Shown: positions 1-12,346 of the stretch, in pieces
Layout of the letters: the number at the start of each line of letters is the position of its first letter
How positions within the stretch are numbered: the first letter of the stretch is position 1
Assembly: GCF_032191835.1 (NCBI RefSeq)
Contig: NC_083239.1
Span: 40,114,001 to 40,178,000, forward strand
DNA from: Heteronotia binoei
Lineage: Eukaryota
Direction: 5' to 3'
Length of the DNA: 64,000 nt
The notes under the pieces: model-generated
What the model saw: only the letters and a program-made list of their open reading frames with translations
What the model was told of the DNA's origin: nothing
Databases searched by the model: none
Program-made: the position numbers and the translations under genes

Positions 1-83
1 AGAAGCTTGCTGCAACCCCCTGCCCCACCCGGGACACAGCTTTAGTTGGGAGGGCCACGAGCATCTTTAAAGGTTAACACACA

Positions 84-369
84 GACCCCGTGGCGCAGAG
101 TGGTAAAGCTGCAATACTGCAGTCCAAGCTCTCTGCTCACGACCTGAGTTTGATCCCGGCGGAAGCTGGGTTCAGGTAGCCAACTTAAGGTTGACTCAGC
201 CTTCCGAGGTTGATAAAATGAGTACCCAGCTTGCTGGGGGGAAAGTAGAGATGACTGGGGAAGGCAAGGGCAAACCACCCCGTAAAAAGTGTGCTGTGAA
301 AACGTCGTGATGCATCGTCACCCCAGCGTCGGAAACGACTGGTGCCTACACAGGGGACTACCTTTACCT
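84..369 (+). mobile_element. Sauria SINE (full length)
   Basis: tRNA-like head gtggcgcagagtggtaaagctgc...gagtttgatccc, Bov-B-like tail, ends in ctacctttacct (ACCTTT-type tail). Homologous copies occur elsewhere in the window. Confidence 0.85.
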
Positions 370-607
370 GTCTTTAGGGCTGACTGAGAAGGAACCCTCC
401 GGAAAAGTTACCAACATTCCAGTCTTCTCTATAACCTTCCACTGTGTTTTACTGCATTTCTACTGTGTTTCTAAGCATTTGGCAGCCCCCCCCCCCCCAA
501 TAAAATTTTTAGGCACGGCAGCAGGAGGCTGCCCCACTCTGCCACTGTAAATGGAAGAAACCTCTTTGCAGACATCTCTCCTTCCTCCGGGGCTGGTAGT
601 CGTTGCA

Positions 608-630
608 GGGAACTACATTTCCCAGATAGC
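608..630 (+). promoter_or_regulatory. ZNF143/SBS-type promoter motif upstream of KRAB-ZNF cassette 1
   Basis: gggaACTACAtTTCCCAgatagc matches the ACTACAnnTCCCA motif, about 75 bp upstream of the ATG at 703. Confidence 0.6.
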
Positions 631-702
631 CTTGCAAACCCCAGTAAGGTCAACCCCGCCTTTGGGTTTTGCATCGAGGCAGAGAGGGAAATTTGGGGGA
701 AG

Positions 703-783
703 ATGGAGTTCCGTGGGGCTTCTCTCCTCTCGCCTCTCCCCGGGCTGGAGGGAGAGTTTGGCTTTTGCAAGGGTGCAGGAAAG
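703..783 (+). CDS. KRAB-ZNF cassette 1, first coding exon (MEFRGASLLSPLPGLEGEFGFCKGAGK)
   Basis: ATG 703, 81 nt, donor aag|gtgagt at 784, phase 0. Same length and frame as the paralogue at 4912-4992. Confidence 0.65.
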
Positions 784-1529
784 GTGAGTGGAGGAGGTCC
801 TGCAATCGGTTTGGGGCCGGAATAGGGGACGGGAGAGAAGAGATGCATGAATGGGAGAGGTGGCCGGAGGGAGCATCCAGACAGCCTTCCCGGTCTGTTC
901 CAGCAGGGTTCTTTGTTTGTCTGGCCTTGCTGGGTCTCCTGAGCTGGCTGCCCGCAAGCGGTATTGTTCTTTTTTGCACGGTGCACAGACCCCTTGCCAT
1001 TTGGCCCTGCTTTGATCTTGGAGTTAGATTTTGACTAAATCTTGTTGCTTTTCTCTGCTTTGTCTTGTGATCCCCAGGGAGCCTCATCCGTGCAGGAGGG
1101 AATCGGCGCCGCTCCCCCGGCTTGTGCCACCTCCCCCTGCCTGGCTTCTCGGGAGTAAACCGTCTTTTCGGTTGCAAAATGCTAGAGGGGCTGTTGTCGT
1201 CGTTAATCTTGCCAGGATGTGTCCATTCCAGTGTTCCCTCTAAACTGAGTGTGAGCTAGCTGGCAGGGTTTTTTAAGCCTCTGGTTCACACTTTTTTTTG
1301 TCTTATTCCCGGGAAAATGGCCCCAGAGTAAATTGATTTAGGCAGGAGCTCACAACTTCAATGCAGGAGCTCACAAAGTAGAATTTTTGTTCACAAGACC
1401 CCACAGCTTAGAAAGAGTATCCATTCCCTTCCTTTTTGGTAAGACAGCTGCCACAATCATCCTGAACCCAGTACTGAGGCTTCTATCATTTATTTTGTTT
1501 TTGTAGATAAATAAACCGCCATATAAGCA

Positions 1530-1800
1530 TAAACAGCTTCAAGAGAGGATTGGATAAGCACATGGAGCAGAGGTTCATCAGTGGCTATTAGCCACAGCAT
1601 ATTGATGGAACTCTGTCTGGGGCAGTGATGCTCTGTATTCTGGGTGGTTGGAGTCGGCAACAATGGGAGGACTTCTAGTGTCCTGGCCCCACTGATGGAC
1701 CTCCTGATGGCACCTGGTTTTTTTGGCCACTGTGTGACTCAGAGTGTTGGACTGGATGGGCCATTGGCCTGCTCCAACATGGCTTCTCTTACGTTCTTAT
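1530..1800 (+). mobile_element. CR1 LINE 3' end
   Basis: cagcttcaagagaggattggataagcacatggagcag...ggcttctcttacgttctta; matches the 3' end of the RT-bearing CR1 copy at 53.4-54.0 kb. Confidence 0.75.
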
Positions 1801-3044
1801 AAGCTGCGCCCCCCCCCCCCAATTTAGTAATCGTTATGGTTGTGTTGAGGTGTTTCTATTCCGTGAAATCCAAAATAGAACAAAATCTATGATGAGCTAA
1901 TTTAGGCCAGTTTATGTTTACAGATCTTTAGACTAACACAGAAAGCCTCTGTGTTAAAACATATTTAAAGTGGGAACCTTCTCTGGAAAAAAACCAATGT
2001 TGATGTATTTCTGGGTTGAGACATGCAAGCATTTATAGCAGATGGACTTTCGGCAATCAATTTAGAGTTCTTTTGTTTTTTTCATTTAATTGGACCAAGA
2101 GAAGCCCAGTTTTGGGCAGTTTCCTGAATTGGTATTTCTTGGAGACTTTTGCTACATTATAAAAGTTAGAGCAGGGGTGTTAAACATGCTGTCTTCTTGC
2201 TTCCTTCTGCATAACAGCTTGCTTTGCAAGGCTTGCTCAATTGCACGGGAGATACAGAACAAAACCTCTGTTTTCTCCATTTGCTAAGACTCTTCCCCTA
2301 AGGAGGAAGGAGGGGGAGGCACAGCTGGTTTTCCTAGGCTCTCTCAGTTGCACAGCAGAGCTACTGAGTCAAGCCTCTCTTCCTTCTATTGGCTGAGGCT
2401 CCTCCTTCCAGTCCCCTAGGGAAGGAAGGAAAGAGCCACAGCTTCCTTTGCCCAGTTCCCTGGATTTCATGGGAGAAATAAAAAAGCACCTTTAAAACCA
2501 ACGAGTGCTAATGTTTTAAGCATGTTTAAAGTGTGTATGTGTGCAGGGTCCAGGCAAATAGGTGTGAAAAACCTCAGCTTGAGACCCTGGAGAGCCACTG
2601 CCAGTCTGAGAAGACAATACTGACTTTGATGGACCAAAGGTCTGATTCAGTATAAGGCAGCTTCATATGTTCTTCATATGTACATATGTGTATATATTTA
2701 ATATATATATATATATATTTAATTGGGTTTGTCTGTATCCTTTATAAAGTTTATATCTCTGCTACTTAATATTAAATAGGTACACATATGGCCCAGCCAG
2801 ACAGGGCCCGGCCCAACAAGGTCTCATTTATGTCCGATCCGGCCCTCATAACAAATGAGTTCGACACCTCTGAGTTAGAGGCTAAAAAAAAAAGGAAAAC
2901 TAATGCAACTTTTCTTGCCATCTTTTTGTGTGTGTGTATTACATGTTTTTGATGGATTGAGTGGGCGATGGGATCCTGTCTTTCCTTCTTGAAAGTTCAG
3001 AGACAGGAACAGATGCTCCAGTGGGGCATATTTTCCTCTTTCAG

Positions 3045-3174
3045 AGACCCTTGGTGTCCTTTGCGGACGTAGCTGTGTTCTTCATGGAGGAGGAATGGAC
3101 TCTGCTAGATCCAGGCCAAAGAAAACTCTTTTGGGAAGTGATGGAGGCAAATTATGAGACCGCGGCATCTCTGA
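3045..3174 (+). CDS. KRAB-A exon, cassette 1 (RPLVSFADVAVFFMEEEWTLLDPGQRKLFWEVMEANYETAASL)
   Basis: Acceptor ttttcctctttcag|, donor |gtaagg, 130 nt, phase 0 to phase 1, canonical KRAB-A motif. Confidence 0.85.
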
Positions 3175-3693
3175 GTAAGGCTCTTTTCCCTTTTATCAGG
3201 GGTCATCTCATAGAAAGAGAGGTGCTGGAGCTCCTTAGCACAGCTCATTTGCATATGCCACACACCCCTGACATCACCGGAAGGTGTGCTAAATTATATC
3301 AGCTCAGCTTCTTACCTTAAAAGGCTTCTTGAATTATAATTGTCAGAATAAAACCTTACTCCCATCACACTTTTCAAAATTGCTTTCTCCTGTGTGGCCA
3401 ACGTGGCACGATGAAGATTCCCAGCTGTCTGTTTTATATGTTTTGGCTATTTTCACATTTTTTTTTGCAGGGGGGGGGGGGGGATATTAGGAAGTTTGTC
3501 CAATCGTAGAGTTCAGCAGAATTCTCACAGGAGGTTTGAACAATGGAGTCCAGAAGCAAGTATTTTTTTTTTTTGGAGGGGTGGCGGTCTAAGAAAGAAA
3601 GAGCATGATAGAATTTAGAGCAGGGAGCTGCGTATGGCTCTTTCACACATATTGTGTGTGGCCCTTTAAGCCTCCACCGCCCTCTCAGCTGGC

Positions 3694-4187
3694 TTGGAGA
3701 GTGGCCAAGGACCTGACTACCTTAGGGACCGTCTCTCCCTATATGAACCCCAGAGAGCACTGAAGTCAGCTGGGAAAAACCTGCTGAACATTCCGGGGCC
3801 GAAAGAGGTGAAGCTGCAAAGCACCCACAACCGAGCTTTCTCTACTATGGCTCCACGCCTATGGAACCAACTTCCAGAGGAAATGCGGGCCCTGCGGGAC
3901 CTTGAACAGTTCCGCAGGGCCTGCAAGACTACCCTCTTCCGATTGGCCTTCACTGATTAAGAGGGAAACTGTTAAAGAACTCGCCATCGTAAACGTAAGC
4001 GTAATCATAGCATGAGTATATTTTATTAATTTTAGAATTTTAATCAGAATTTTAATTAAACTGTCAATGTAGTTTTATTTAATATTGTATGACCAATGTA
4101 TGAGATTATGTTGTTAGCCGCCCTGAGCCTGCTCCGGCGGGGAGGGCGGGATACAAATAAAAATTGTTGTTGTTGTTGCTGTTGTTG
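3694..4187 (+). mobile_element. L2-clade LINE, 5'-truncated 3' end
   Basis: ORF2 C-terminus RAFSTMAPRLWNQLPEEMRALRDLEQFRRACKTTLFRLAF, 3' UTR gccgccctgagcc...gggcgggatacaaat and (gtt)n tail. Confidence 0.8.
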
Positions 4188-4911
4188 GAGAAGGCATTTC
4201 TCTCTTTAAATCATTCACCTAGCCAGTCAGCAGCTTGAAGAATGTATTTAAATTTAAAGTTGCTTTCTTTCTACCTCTTCATCTTCCTTCCTTCCTTCTT
4301 TCCTTCCTTCCCTCAAATATCTGACATTCATCTCTTGCAGCTCTCAAACATTTGACATTTAATCTATGTGGCTCCTATGTTAAGCAAGTTTGGCCACCCC
4401 TGATTTCGAGGTTCCGGAGCTCTGCTCCTGTGAACTCCTGCCCAAAACGAGGCCTGCCTTTTACTATGAACGCAGCCGAAAAGGGAGGAATGGCATCTTC
4501 CTTTGACCTCTTGAAGTTTCGAACACACTTCCACGTTGTTTCCTTCTTGTTCTCATATAAGGCTTCCCCTCAGTGACCAGATGTTCATGGGGTAGGAAGT
4601 ATAAAGCCCTTGTGCTGCTGCAGTAAAGTAGGTTTTGGACTGACCCCGAAGAGATCCCAGAAGCAGTGGGTTTGATCAAAGAAGGAAGATTAATTCATAC
4701 ATACAGGAAGCTGTCCCACAAAACCACAAATGAGCAAAGAGATCATCTTTCCACATTCTGAAATCATTAAAAAAGTTCTGTTTGGCTGTTGCTTGTTGCA
4801 GGAGACTGGATTTCTCAGAAGGACTTGCAAGCGCTAGAGAGATCAACCCTACCTTTTCCTGGTGCCCAGGGCACAGTTTTTCCTCGAGACGGTGACAAAA
4901 ATGTATGGAAT

Positions 4912-4992
4912 ATGGAGTTCCATGGGGCCTCTGTTCTTTCTTGTTTGCCCTGGCTGGAGGGAGAATTTGGCCTTGGCTTGTCTGCAGGAAAG
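4912..4992 (+). CDS. KRAB-ZNF cassette 2, first coding exon (MEFHGASVLSCLPWLEGEFGLGLSAGK)
   Basis: ATG 4912, 81 nt, donor aag|gtgagt at 4993, phase 0; paralogue of 703-783. Confidence 0.7.
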
Positions 4993-6647
4993 GTGAGTTT
5001 AGGATTTCGTCTGCAGCTCTTGGGAGAGAATAGGGGAGGGGGGGGAATCGCTTCTCAATGGAAACCCCCTTCAGCTCCATCTGTTTCGGCTTGGCACTCC
5101 AGATTTTGGGAACAATATGTTTTAGCCAAACTAGCTTTTAATCTTCATTCCTTGCCTTCACCAGCAACGGTTACCACATTTAAAAGAACCTAGTCTCCTA
5201 TTTCAAACGATTTGGCAAACAACAGAGGAATTCCAAAAGAACTTTATACCTGTTATATTTAATTTAAGCTCCCCCCCCCTTTTGCTTTGTTGGGATTGCT
5301 GCACCACTGTTTTAGTTTTTGAGTAATTAATTTTTTTTTAATCATTTGGAAAAAAAAAAAGAAGTGACCTGACAGAACTGACACACACACGGGCGTGAGT
5401 GTTAATCTTTGCCTTAAGGCATTTCTCTTATAAAAGTCCAAAATCTGATCAGATGGTGGAATCGCTTACTTGCCATTCAGGGACAGAAGGTACGAACTGC
5501 CTGTTTTCCACAATGCGCAAATATCTGGGAAGGTCTCTGAGGCAGCAAGTTTGTGCTGTGGACATTTTGAGCCCTGCATCTTTCACCCACCAGGCCCCGA
5601 GGATCGCACAGCCTGGGGTGAATCAGCCTTTGGTTTGTTAGGGGGAGATCAGAATGAAAGACACCTTGACTTGAATTCGAGAAGGTTATGTTTACACATC
5701 GGGATGCAACTTTTAGAGCAACACAAACTTCTCTGGAGACCAAAACGTTTAAAGCAGAACTTTTCTCTTGAACACTTTTTTGGGTCGATTTCTGGGATCA
5801 AACGTGCAAGGTAGTATAATGTCAGCTATACAGTCTATTATTATATTTTCCTCGCATGTAAGTGGATTTGTCCAAGAGAAGCCCAGCTTTTTGCAGTTGC
5901 CTGAATTTATATTTCTTGGAGATGTTCAGTATATAATACCTGACAGAGTCTGAAAAAGAAATGAAATGCTATTGTGCTTGCTTGGTATAGTGGTTAAGAG
6001 CGTGGAATCTAATCTGGAAGAACACGGTTTGATTCCCTACTCCTTCACAAGCAGCTGCTGGGTGACCTTGGGCAAGCCACAGAGGTGTTTTCTTAAGAAC
6101 AGTTCTATTAGAGCTCTCTCAGCCTCACCTACCTCTCAAGGTGTCTGTTGTAGGAAAAGGAAGGGAAGGAGATTGTAAGCCACTCTGAGTGAAGGATAGG
6201 ATATACATATTCTCTCTTTTTTACAAGTTGGCCATGCTAGGAGGAGACTTTTTTTAAAAAGTAAAAGCTGGGAATAACAGTCCCCATAAGAGCAGCATAG
6301 GGAAAGGCTAGGGAATTGTTTTTTGGCACCAGTGGGAGAAGGAAACACATGTACCATATAAATCACTGGCCACCATTTGCATCATTATGCATCTATCTTT
6401 GCCTTGACACCAAGATTAGAAAGTATAGCTCCTACAAGAGCTATGAAGCTAAGAGGGAACCTGTATGTCCCTTTTTAATTCTGTCCCTCTTACCAATGGC
6501 TCCCTCAGCTCTTGCACTCTCTTTCCCCACTCTGGGTCCCACTCTTCTTGCTTCGGTTTGATGTATTGCATTCTTTAATCAGTTGATTGGTTGAGAGGAT
6601 TCTTCTTTCTTTATTGAATGGTCAGGGACCATATTTTTCTCTTTCAG

Positions 6648-6777
6648 AGATCTCCAATGTCCTTTGAGGGGCTGGCTATGTTCTTCACAGAAGAGGAATG
6701 GGCTCTTCTCAATCCAGGGCAAAGAAAACTCTACTGGGATGTTACAGAGGAAAATTATGAGACTGTGGCCTCTCTGG
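6648..6777 (+). CDS. KRAB-A exon, cassette 2 (RSPMSFEGLAMFFTEEEWALLNPGQRKLYWDVTEENYETVASL)
   Basis: Acceptor tttttctctttcag|, donor |gtaagg, 130 nt, phase 0 to phase 1; splices in frame to 9111. Confidence 0.85.
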
Positions 6778-7699
6778 GTAAGGATCTTTTCCCTTCTGTT
6801 ATGATCATGAAAGCGAAAGGAGGGAACTTCCACAGCTGGGGATTGTACAACACCTAAAAAAGAAAGTATAGAAAAGAGAAACCTTCTTCCCTTCCCCTGA
6901 AATGTAAATGTCAAAATAGCAGAGATATAAACTTTATAAAGGAGACAGAGAAACACAATTAAATATTTTGTATCTCTCCCATATGATCAACAGAACTGGG
7001 CAAAGGAAGCTCTGCCTCTTTCCCTCTCCCTGCAGGGGATGAGGAGGTGGTGGAGCTTCACCCAATAGAAGAGGCTTGGCTCCGCAGCTCTGCTGTGCGA
7101 TTGAGAGAGCCTGGCAAAGCGAGCTCTCTTTCCTCCCCAAGTGAGGAGCCTCAGCCAATAGAGAAAATGAGACTTTGCTCCATAGCTCCTGTGTGATTGA
7201 GCAAGCCTGGCAAAAGAAGCTGTGATGCAGAAGGAAGCAAGACAGAGGGAGAAGGAAGCAGATGACAGCCAGTTGCTCAGGGGCCTGTTAGGAACCCTCC
7301 AGGGGCCTAATTGAGCCCCCGGGTCTCATGTTTGACACTCCTTTTTTTAGGGTGTTGAAACCCCCAATGTACTTTATCCCACCAGATTCTTCTGCAAGCT
7401 TGGATCATTTTCCAGGCTTGTAGAAAGATCTATCTTGTCTGTCCACATCTCCAGTCTCTGGATTTAAGGGTTCCATATTTTATCCTTTTCATTTAATCAA
7501 AACATTTCACTAAAAATCAAGGCTTTGAAAGCATTTCTTTTCCTGTTCTATTTTATGTGGTCCCTAAACAAACGAAAAACAAAGGGGGGGAGCTTAACCC
7601 AAAAACTGGAATTAAGAACCTGAAAGGTTAATATACAGTAAGAGCCAAAAATTAAAAGCAGGATCTAAAGTAAAATAATAAGAATACATGTATTTATTA

Positions 7700-7992
7700 A
7701 AAAGGTAAAAGTAGTCCCCTGTGCAAGTACCAGTTGTTTCCAATTCTGGGGTGACGTCGCATCATGACGTTTTCTCAGCAGACTTTACGGGGTGGTTTGC
7801 CCTTGCCTTCCCCAGTCATCTACACTTTCCCCCCAGTAAGCTGGGTAGTCATTTTACCGACCTCGAAAGGACGGAAGGCTGAGTCAACCCTGAGCCGGCT
7901 GCCTGAACCCAGCTTCCGCCGGGATCAAACTCAGGTTGTGAGCAGAGCTTCGGGCTGCAGTACTGCAGCTTTACCACTCTGTGCCACAGGGC
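7700..7992 (-). mobile_element. Sauria SINE
   Basis: Reverse-complement homologue of the 84-369 copy. Confidence 0.8.
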
Positions 7993-9110
7993 TCTTCCAT
8001 GTATTTATTACAGAAAGTTAAAAATCATTTAGGGCCCATCATCAGCCTCCTGACGTAGTAAAATCATACGACCACAATGGGAAACCACTTTGACCTGAAA
8101 TGTATTTCGACCTGAAATGGACTTCTTCAGAGGTCAAACAAATATACACACATACAGGCTCATATTACACAATAGAACAAATCAATAAATCAGTGCTGGA
8201 CCAAAAAGAAAGTAGTTTAATACTGTGACAAAGGCTAAGAGATGTAAACAAACACCAGAAAACTTGTCCTGACCCCACTGATGGACCTCCTGATGCCACC
8301 TGGGTTTTGGCCACTGTGTGACACAGAGTGTTGGACTGGATGAGCCATTGGCCTGATCCAACATGGCTTCTCTCTTTTCTTCTTACGTAAAACTTATTCA
8401 CTTGACTGTGATCTCAAGAGCAAGTTTCTGTAAGAGAAGCAAGAAATTACCTCTTCCTTCCTTCAGTGAAGCATTCCTTCTTTTCCAAGTTATCCTGGTC
8501 TGTGTTTAAATATTGCTGAGGTTTTCCCAATCTCTTGACTCTGGTTCTAGAAAATACCATTGACTACCGACTGTACTTTATAACTCAGGGGTGTCAAACT
8601 CATTTGTTATGAGGGCCGAATCTGACATAAATTAGACGTTTTCACGCCGGGCCATATTGGGCTCGGCCGAGCCATGTCAGACTGGGCCATGTGTGTACCT
8701 ATTTAAGATTAAGTAGCAGAGATATAAACTTAATAAAGGATGAAAACAAACATGACTAAAGATTTTTTTAAAAACTTAAAACGTGCTTAAAACATTAACA
8801 CTCATTGGTCTTAAAGCTGCTTTCTTTGTAGCTCTCCCATGGGATCCCAAGGGAGGAGCCTCAGCCAATGGAGAAAATAGAGGTTCTGCTCTTTAGCTCC
8901 TGTGCGATTGAGCAAGGCTGGCAAAGCAAATTGTGATACAGAAGGAAGTAAGAGAGAGGGAGAAGGAAGCAGACAACAGCCAGTTGCTCGGGGCCTGATA
9001 GGAGCCCTCCGGGGCCCTGATTCAGCCCCCGAGCTGCATATTTGACACCCCTGTTCTAACTAGTATTTGTACTTTTTCATTCTTATATGATTTTGGTCCC
9101 TCTTTTGCAG

Positions 9111-11023
9111 TTGCATCTGTGAGGGAGGAGGGGAGTGAGAAGGAATCGGGAAGGAGCATTGTGGAAAAAGGCAACAGTCTGCCGGTGGCAGCAAAACCTG
9201 GGGATCAAGTGGTACCAAAGAGAAAGTGCAAAAGGATAAGGGGCCCAGAACAGAAGCAAAGGAAGGAATTGATTGCCTGTGAGAGCAGATCTAAGCCTGA
9301 GGACCCAGCCCAAGATGAAACAGGGAAGAGAAAGAGAAGGCCTAGCGGTGACACGAACCAGAAAGGGTTCAACAGCAAATTCAATGCTAAAACGTATCAC
9401 AGTGTTCCAGCAGTCTCGGAAAGGTATAAATGCACAGAATGTGGCAAGTGTTTCCGTGGGAGAGGTAATCTAACTATACATCAAAAGATACATACTGGGG
9501 AGAAGCCGTTTAAATGCTCGGAGTGTGGACAGTGCTTCTATCGGAAAGAAAGCCTAACTGCACATCAAAAGATTCATACTGGGGAGAAGCCATATAAATG
9601 CTTGGAGTGTGGGAAATGCTTCTGTCTTCAGGGTTACCTAACTACACATCAAAAGATTCATACTGGGGAGAAGCCATACAAATGCTTGGCATGTGGAAAG
9701 TGTTTCCCTCAAAGTAGCCAGCTAACTTCACATCAAAGGGTTCATACTGGGGAGAAGCCATACACATGCTTGGTTTGTGGAAAATGCTTCTCCTATAGTG
9801 GCAGCCTAGCTACACATCGGAAGATTCATACTGGAGAGAAGCCACATAAATGCTTGGAGTGTGGGAAATCCTTCTGTCAGAAAGATGAACTAATCAAACA
9901 TCAAAGTGTCCACACAGGGGAGAAGCCATATAAATGCTTGGAGTGTGGAAAGTGCTTCTCTTGGAGACAGAGGCTAACTATACATCAAAAGATTCATACT
10001 GGGGAGAAGCCATATAAGTGCTTGGAGTGTGGAAAATGCTTCTCTCAGAATAGTAGCCTCACTAATCATCAAACGGTTCACACAGGGGAGAAGCCATATA
10101 TATGTTTGGAGTGTGGTAAGTGCTTCTCTGTAAGTAGCAGCCTAAGGATGCATGAAAGGTTTCACACAGGGGAGAAGCCGTTTAAATGCTTGGAGTGTGG
10201 AGAGTGCTTCCATCGGAAGGACCGCCTAACAACACATCAAAGGATGCACACTGGGGAGAAGCCATTTAAGTGCTTGGATTGTGGAAAGTGCTTTTCTGTG
10301 AGTAGCACCCTAAAAACACATCAAAAGTTTCATACTGGGGAAAAGCCATATAAATGCTTGGAGTGTGGTAAGTGCTTCTCTTTAAGTAGAAGCCTAAGGA
10401 ATCATCAAAGAGTTCACACAGGGGAGAAGCCATATGAATGTTTGGAGTGTGGAAAATGCTTTTCTTTTGATTCCAGCCTAAGGGTTCATCAAAGGGTTCA
10501 CACAGGAGAGAAGCCGTATAAATGCTCGGTGTGTGGAAAGACCTTTCCTGCACATTCTCAGCTATCTAACCATCAAAGGATTCATACTGGGGAGAAGCCA
10601 TATAAATGCTTGGAGTGTGGAAAATGCTTTTCTGATAATGGTCGCCTAACCAATCATCAGAAGATTCATACTGGGGAGAAGCCTTATAAATGCTTGGAGT
10701 GTGGAAAGTGCTTCTCCCAGAGTAGCCACCTATTTGAACATCAAAAGATTCATACTGGGGAGAAGCCACATAAATGCTTGGAGTGTGGAAAATGCTTCGC
10801 TCAGAAAGGTGGCCTAACCATACATCATAGATTTCACACAGGGGAGAAGCCGTATAAATGCTTGGAGTGTGGAAAATGCTTCTCTCAGCTTGGCCACCTA
10901 ACGACACATCAAAAGATTCATACTGGGGAGAAGCCATATAAATGCTTGGAGTGTGGAAAGTGCTTCTCTGAAAATGCCTACTTAAGGACGCATCAAAAGG
11001 TCCATACTGGGAAGTCAGGCTGA
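9111..11023 (+). CDS. C2H2 zinc-finger exon with 19 tandem intact fingers; terminal coding exon of a KRAB-ZNF (707 aa when joined to either 5' cassette)
   Basis: Acceptor tcttttgcag| at 9110, phase 1. 19 x CxxCGKCF...HxxxH with TGEKP linkers, stop TGA at 11021-11023. join(4912..4992,6648..6777,9111..11023) = 2124 nt, fully open. Confidence 0.95.
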
Positions 11024-11578
11024 GACAAGATGCAAGAATATGCAGTTATGGCAAAACTGACAAAGTACATTAATCAAAGACCAAAAGATGAATTTGAATA
11101 TACCGTAACTGGCAAGGCTTGTATGATTATTATAACCAATCTCTACAGATGTATAACCACAGTTATACATTTGAATAGTTTGATACTATATGATACTAAG
11201 AGCCCCATGGTGCAGAGTGGTAAAGCTGCAGTACTGCAGTTGGAGCCCTCTGCCTGTAGCATTTGCAAAGGAAGGCTAGTTTAAACGTTTACCATGGAAT
11301 GAACATTTTTGTCTCCTGCTAAACCCAGCACAGAGTTGCAAGTGAGTTTTGCCGCTGTTGGATTTCACGGACAACTAGCACTTTGCACCATGCAAAGTAA
11401 ATTTTGCAAATGTGATTGCTTGTTCCTCCTGGGGTTTACAGAGTACCAGCTCTCTCACCCTCTTTCCTGACTTCTCCCATGCATAAAGGTTGCAAATAAG
11501 GGTTGTCTGCTTCTCTAGATTACAGAAACTCCACCTCCTTTCTTGCTGCTGATCTGCTCATTACACTTTCTGGATCCA

Positions 11579-11617
11579 GAAAGTGAAAGTGAAACTTTCC
11601 CAGCTTTGGAAATTTCC
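11579..11617 (+). promoter_or_regulatory. Triple IRF-E/ISRE plus NF-kB-like site
   Basis: GAAAGTGAAAGTGAAACT (11579-11596) followed by palindromic GGAAATTTCC (11608-11617). Confidence 0.55.
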
Positions 11618-12346
11618 TACTTGCCAGAAAAAAAAATCTAACATCTTGGTGTCAGGCAGGTGGTTCTGCGCATGGCTGTATCTGAAACCACATTTTGTAG
11701 ATGGCTTCTAAGAGGACAGTTTTTAATATGCAGTGGTTGGATTTTAGACTTCATCCTGGCTTCGTTTCATGGTTATCACCAGTTGCTGGGGGCAAATGCA
11801 AAGGTTATTGTAAAGTGTGCTACAAAACCTTTGAACTAAGTAATATGGCAATTAGAGCTATGGAGTCCCGTGCACAAAGACCATTACGTCAGAAGAACCT
11901 GAAAATTAAATCAAGTCAACAATCCATCACAATGTGTTTAGATTCAAAGCCAAGTACAAGTTCAGATGGTAAAACCAGAGAGGGCGAAGAGACAGCCTCA
12001 GAGTGATGAAAATGGCAAAGAATTACCCACCACACAAACTAGTATGGCTGCCTATGTAATCAAGGACTGTGTCAGGAGACGGGACACCAGAGTGCTTGTG
12101 TGCTTTGCAACTGGCAATGAAGAAAACGTCATTTGACACTTGTAACAACATCAGTGAGTTAATGTTCTCAGATAGCTCAACAGTCTCATCTTGGAAAAAC
12201 AAAGGCAATGTGTATGTTGCTGCTTTTGGCTTGGCGCCGTATTTCACTGATCTTTGACTGAAACAGCTGAAACAATGTAAACATGTTTAGGGTTTGTAGA
12301 ATCTTTCGGGATCAAGTGCCGTGTTCTACTGGAGAAAGTTTTCCTT

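Noticed and set aside
10266-10937. Repetitive ORFs (SIFHTPSIY...) in the ORF track
   Set aside because: Alternative-frame or antisense shadows of the zinc-finger repeat.
11330-11345. cagagttgcaag as left TIR of the hAT fossil
   Set aside because: Only 9/12 match to the right TIR and no 8-bp TSD.
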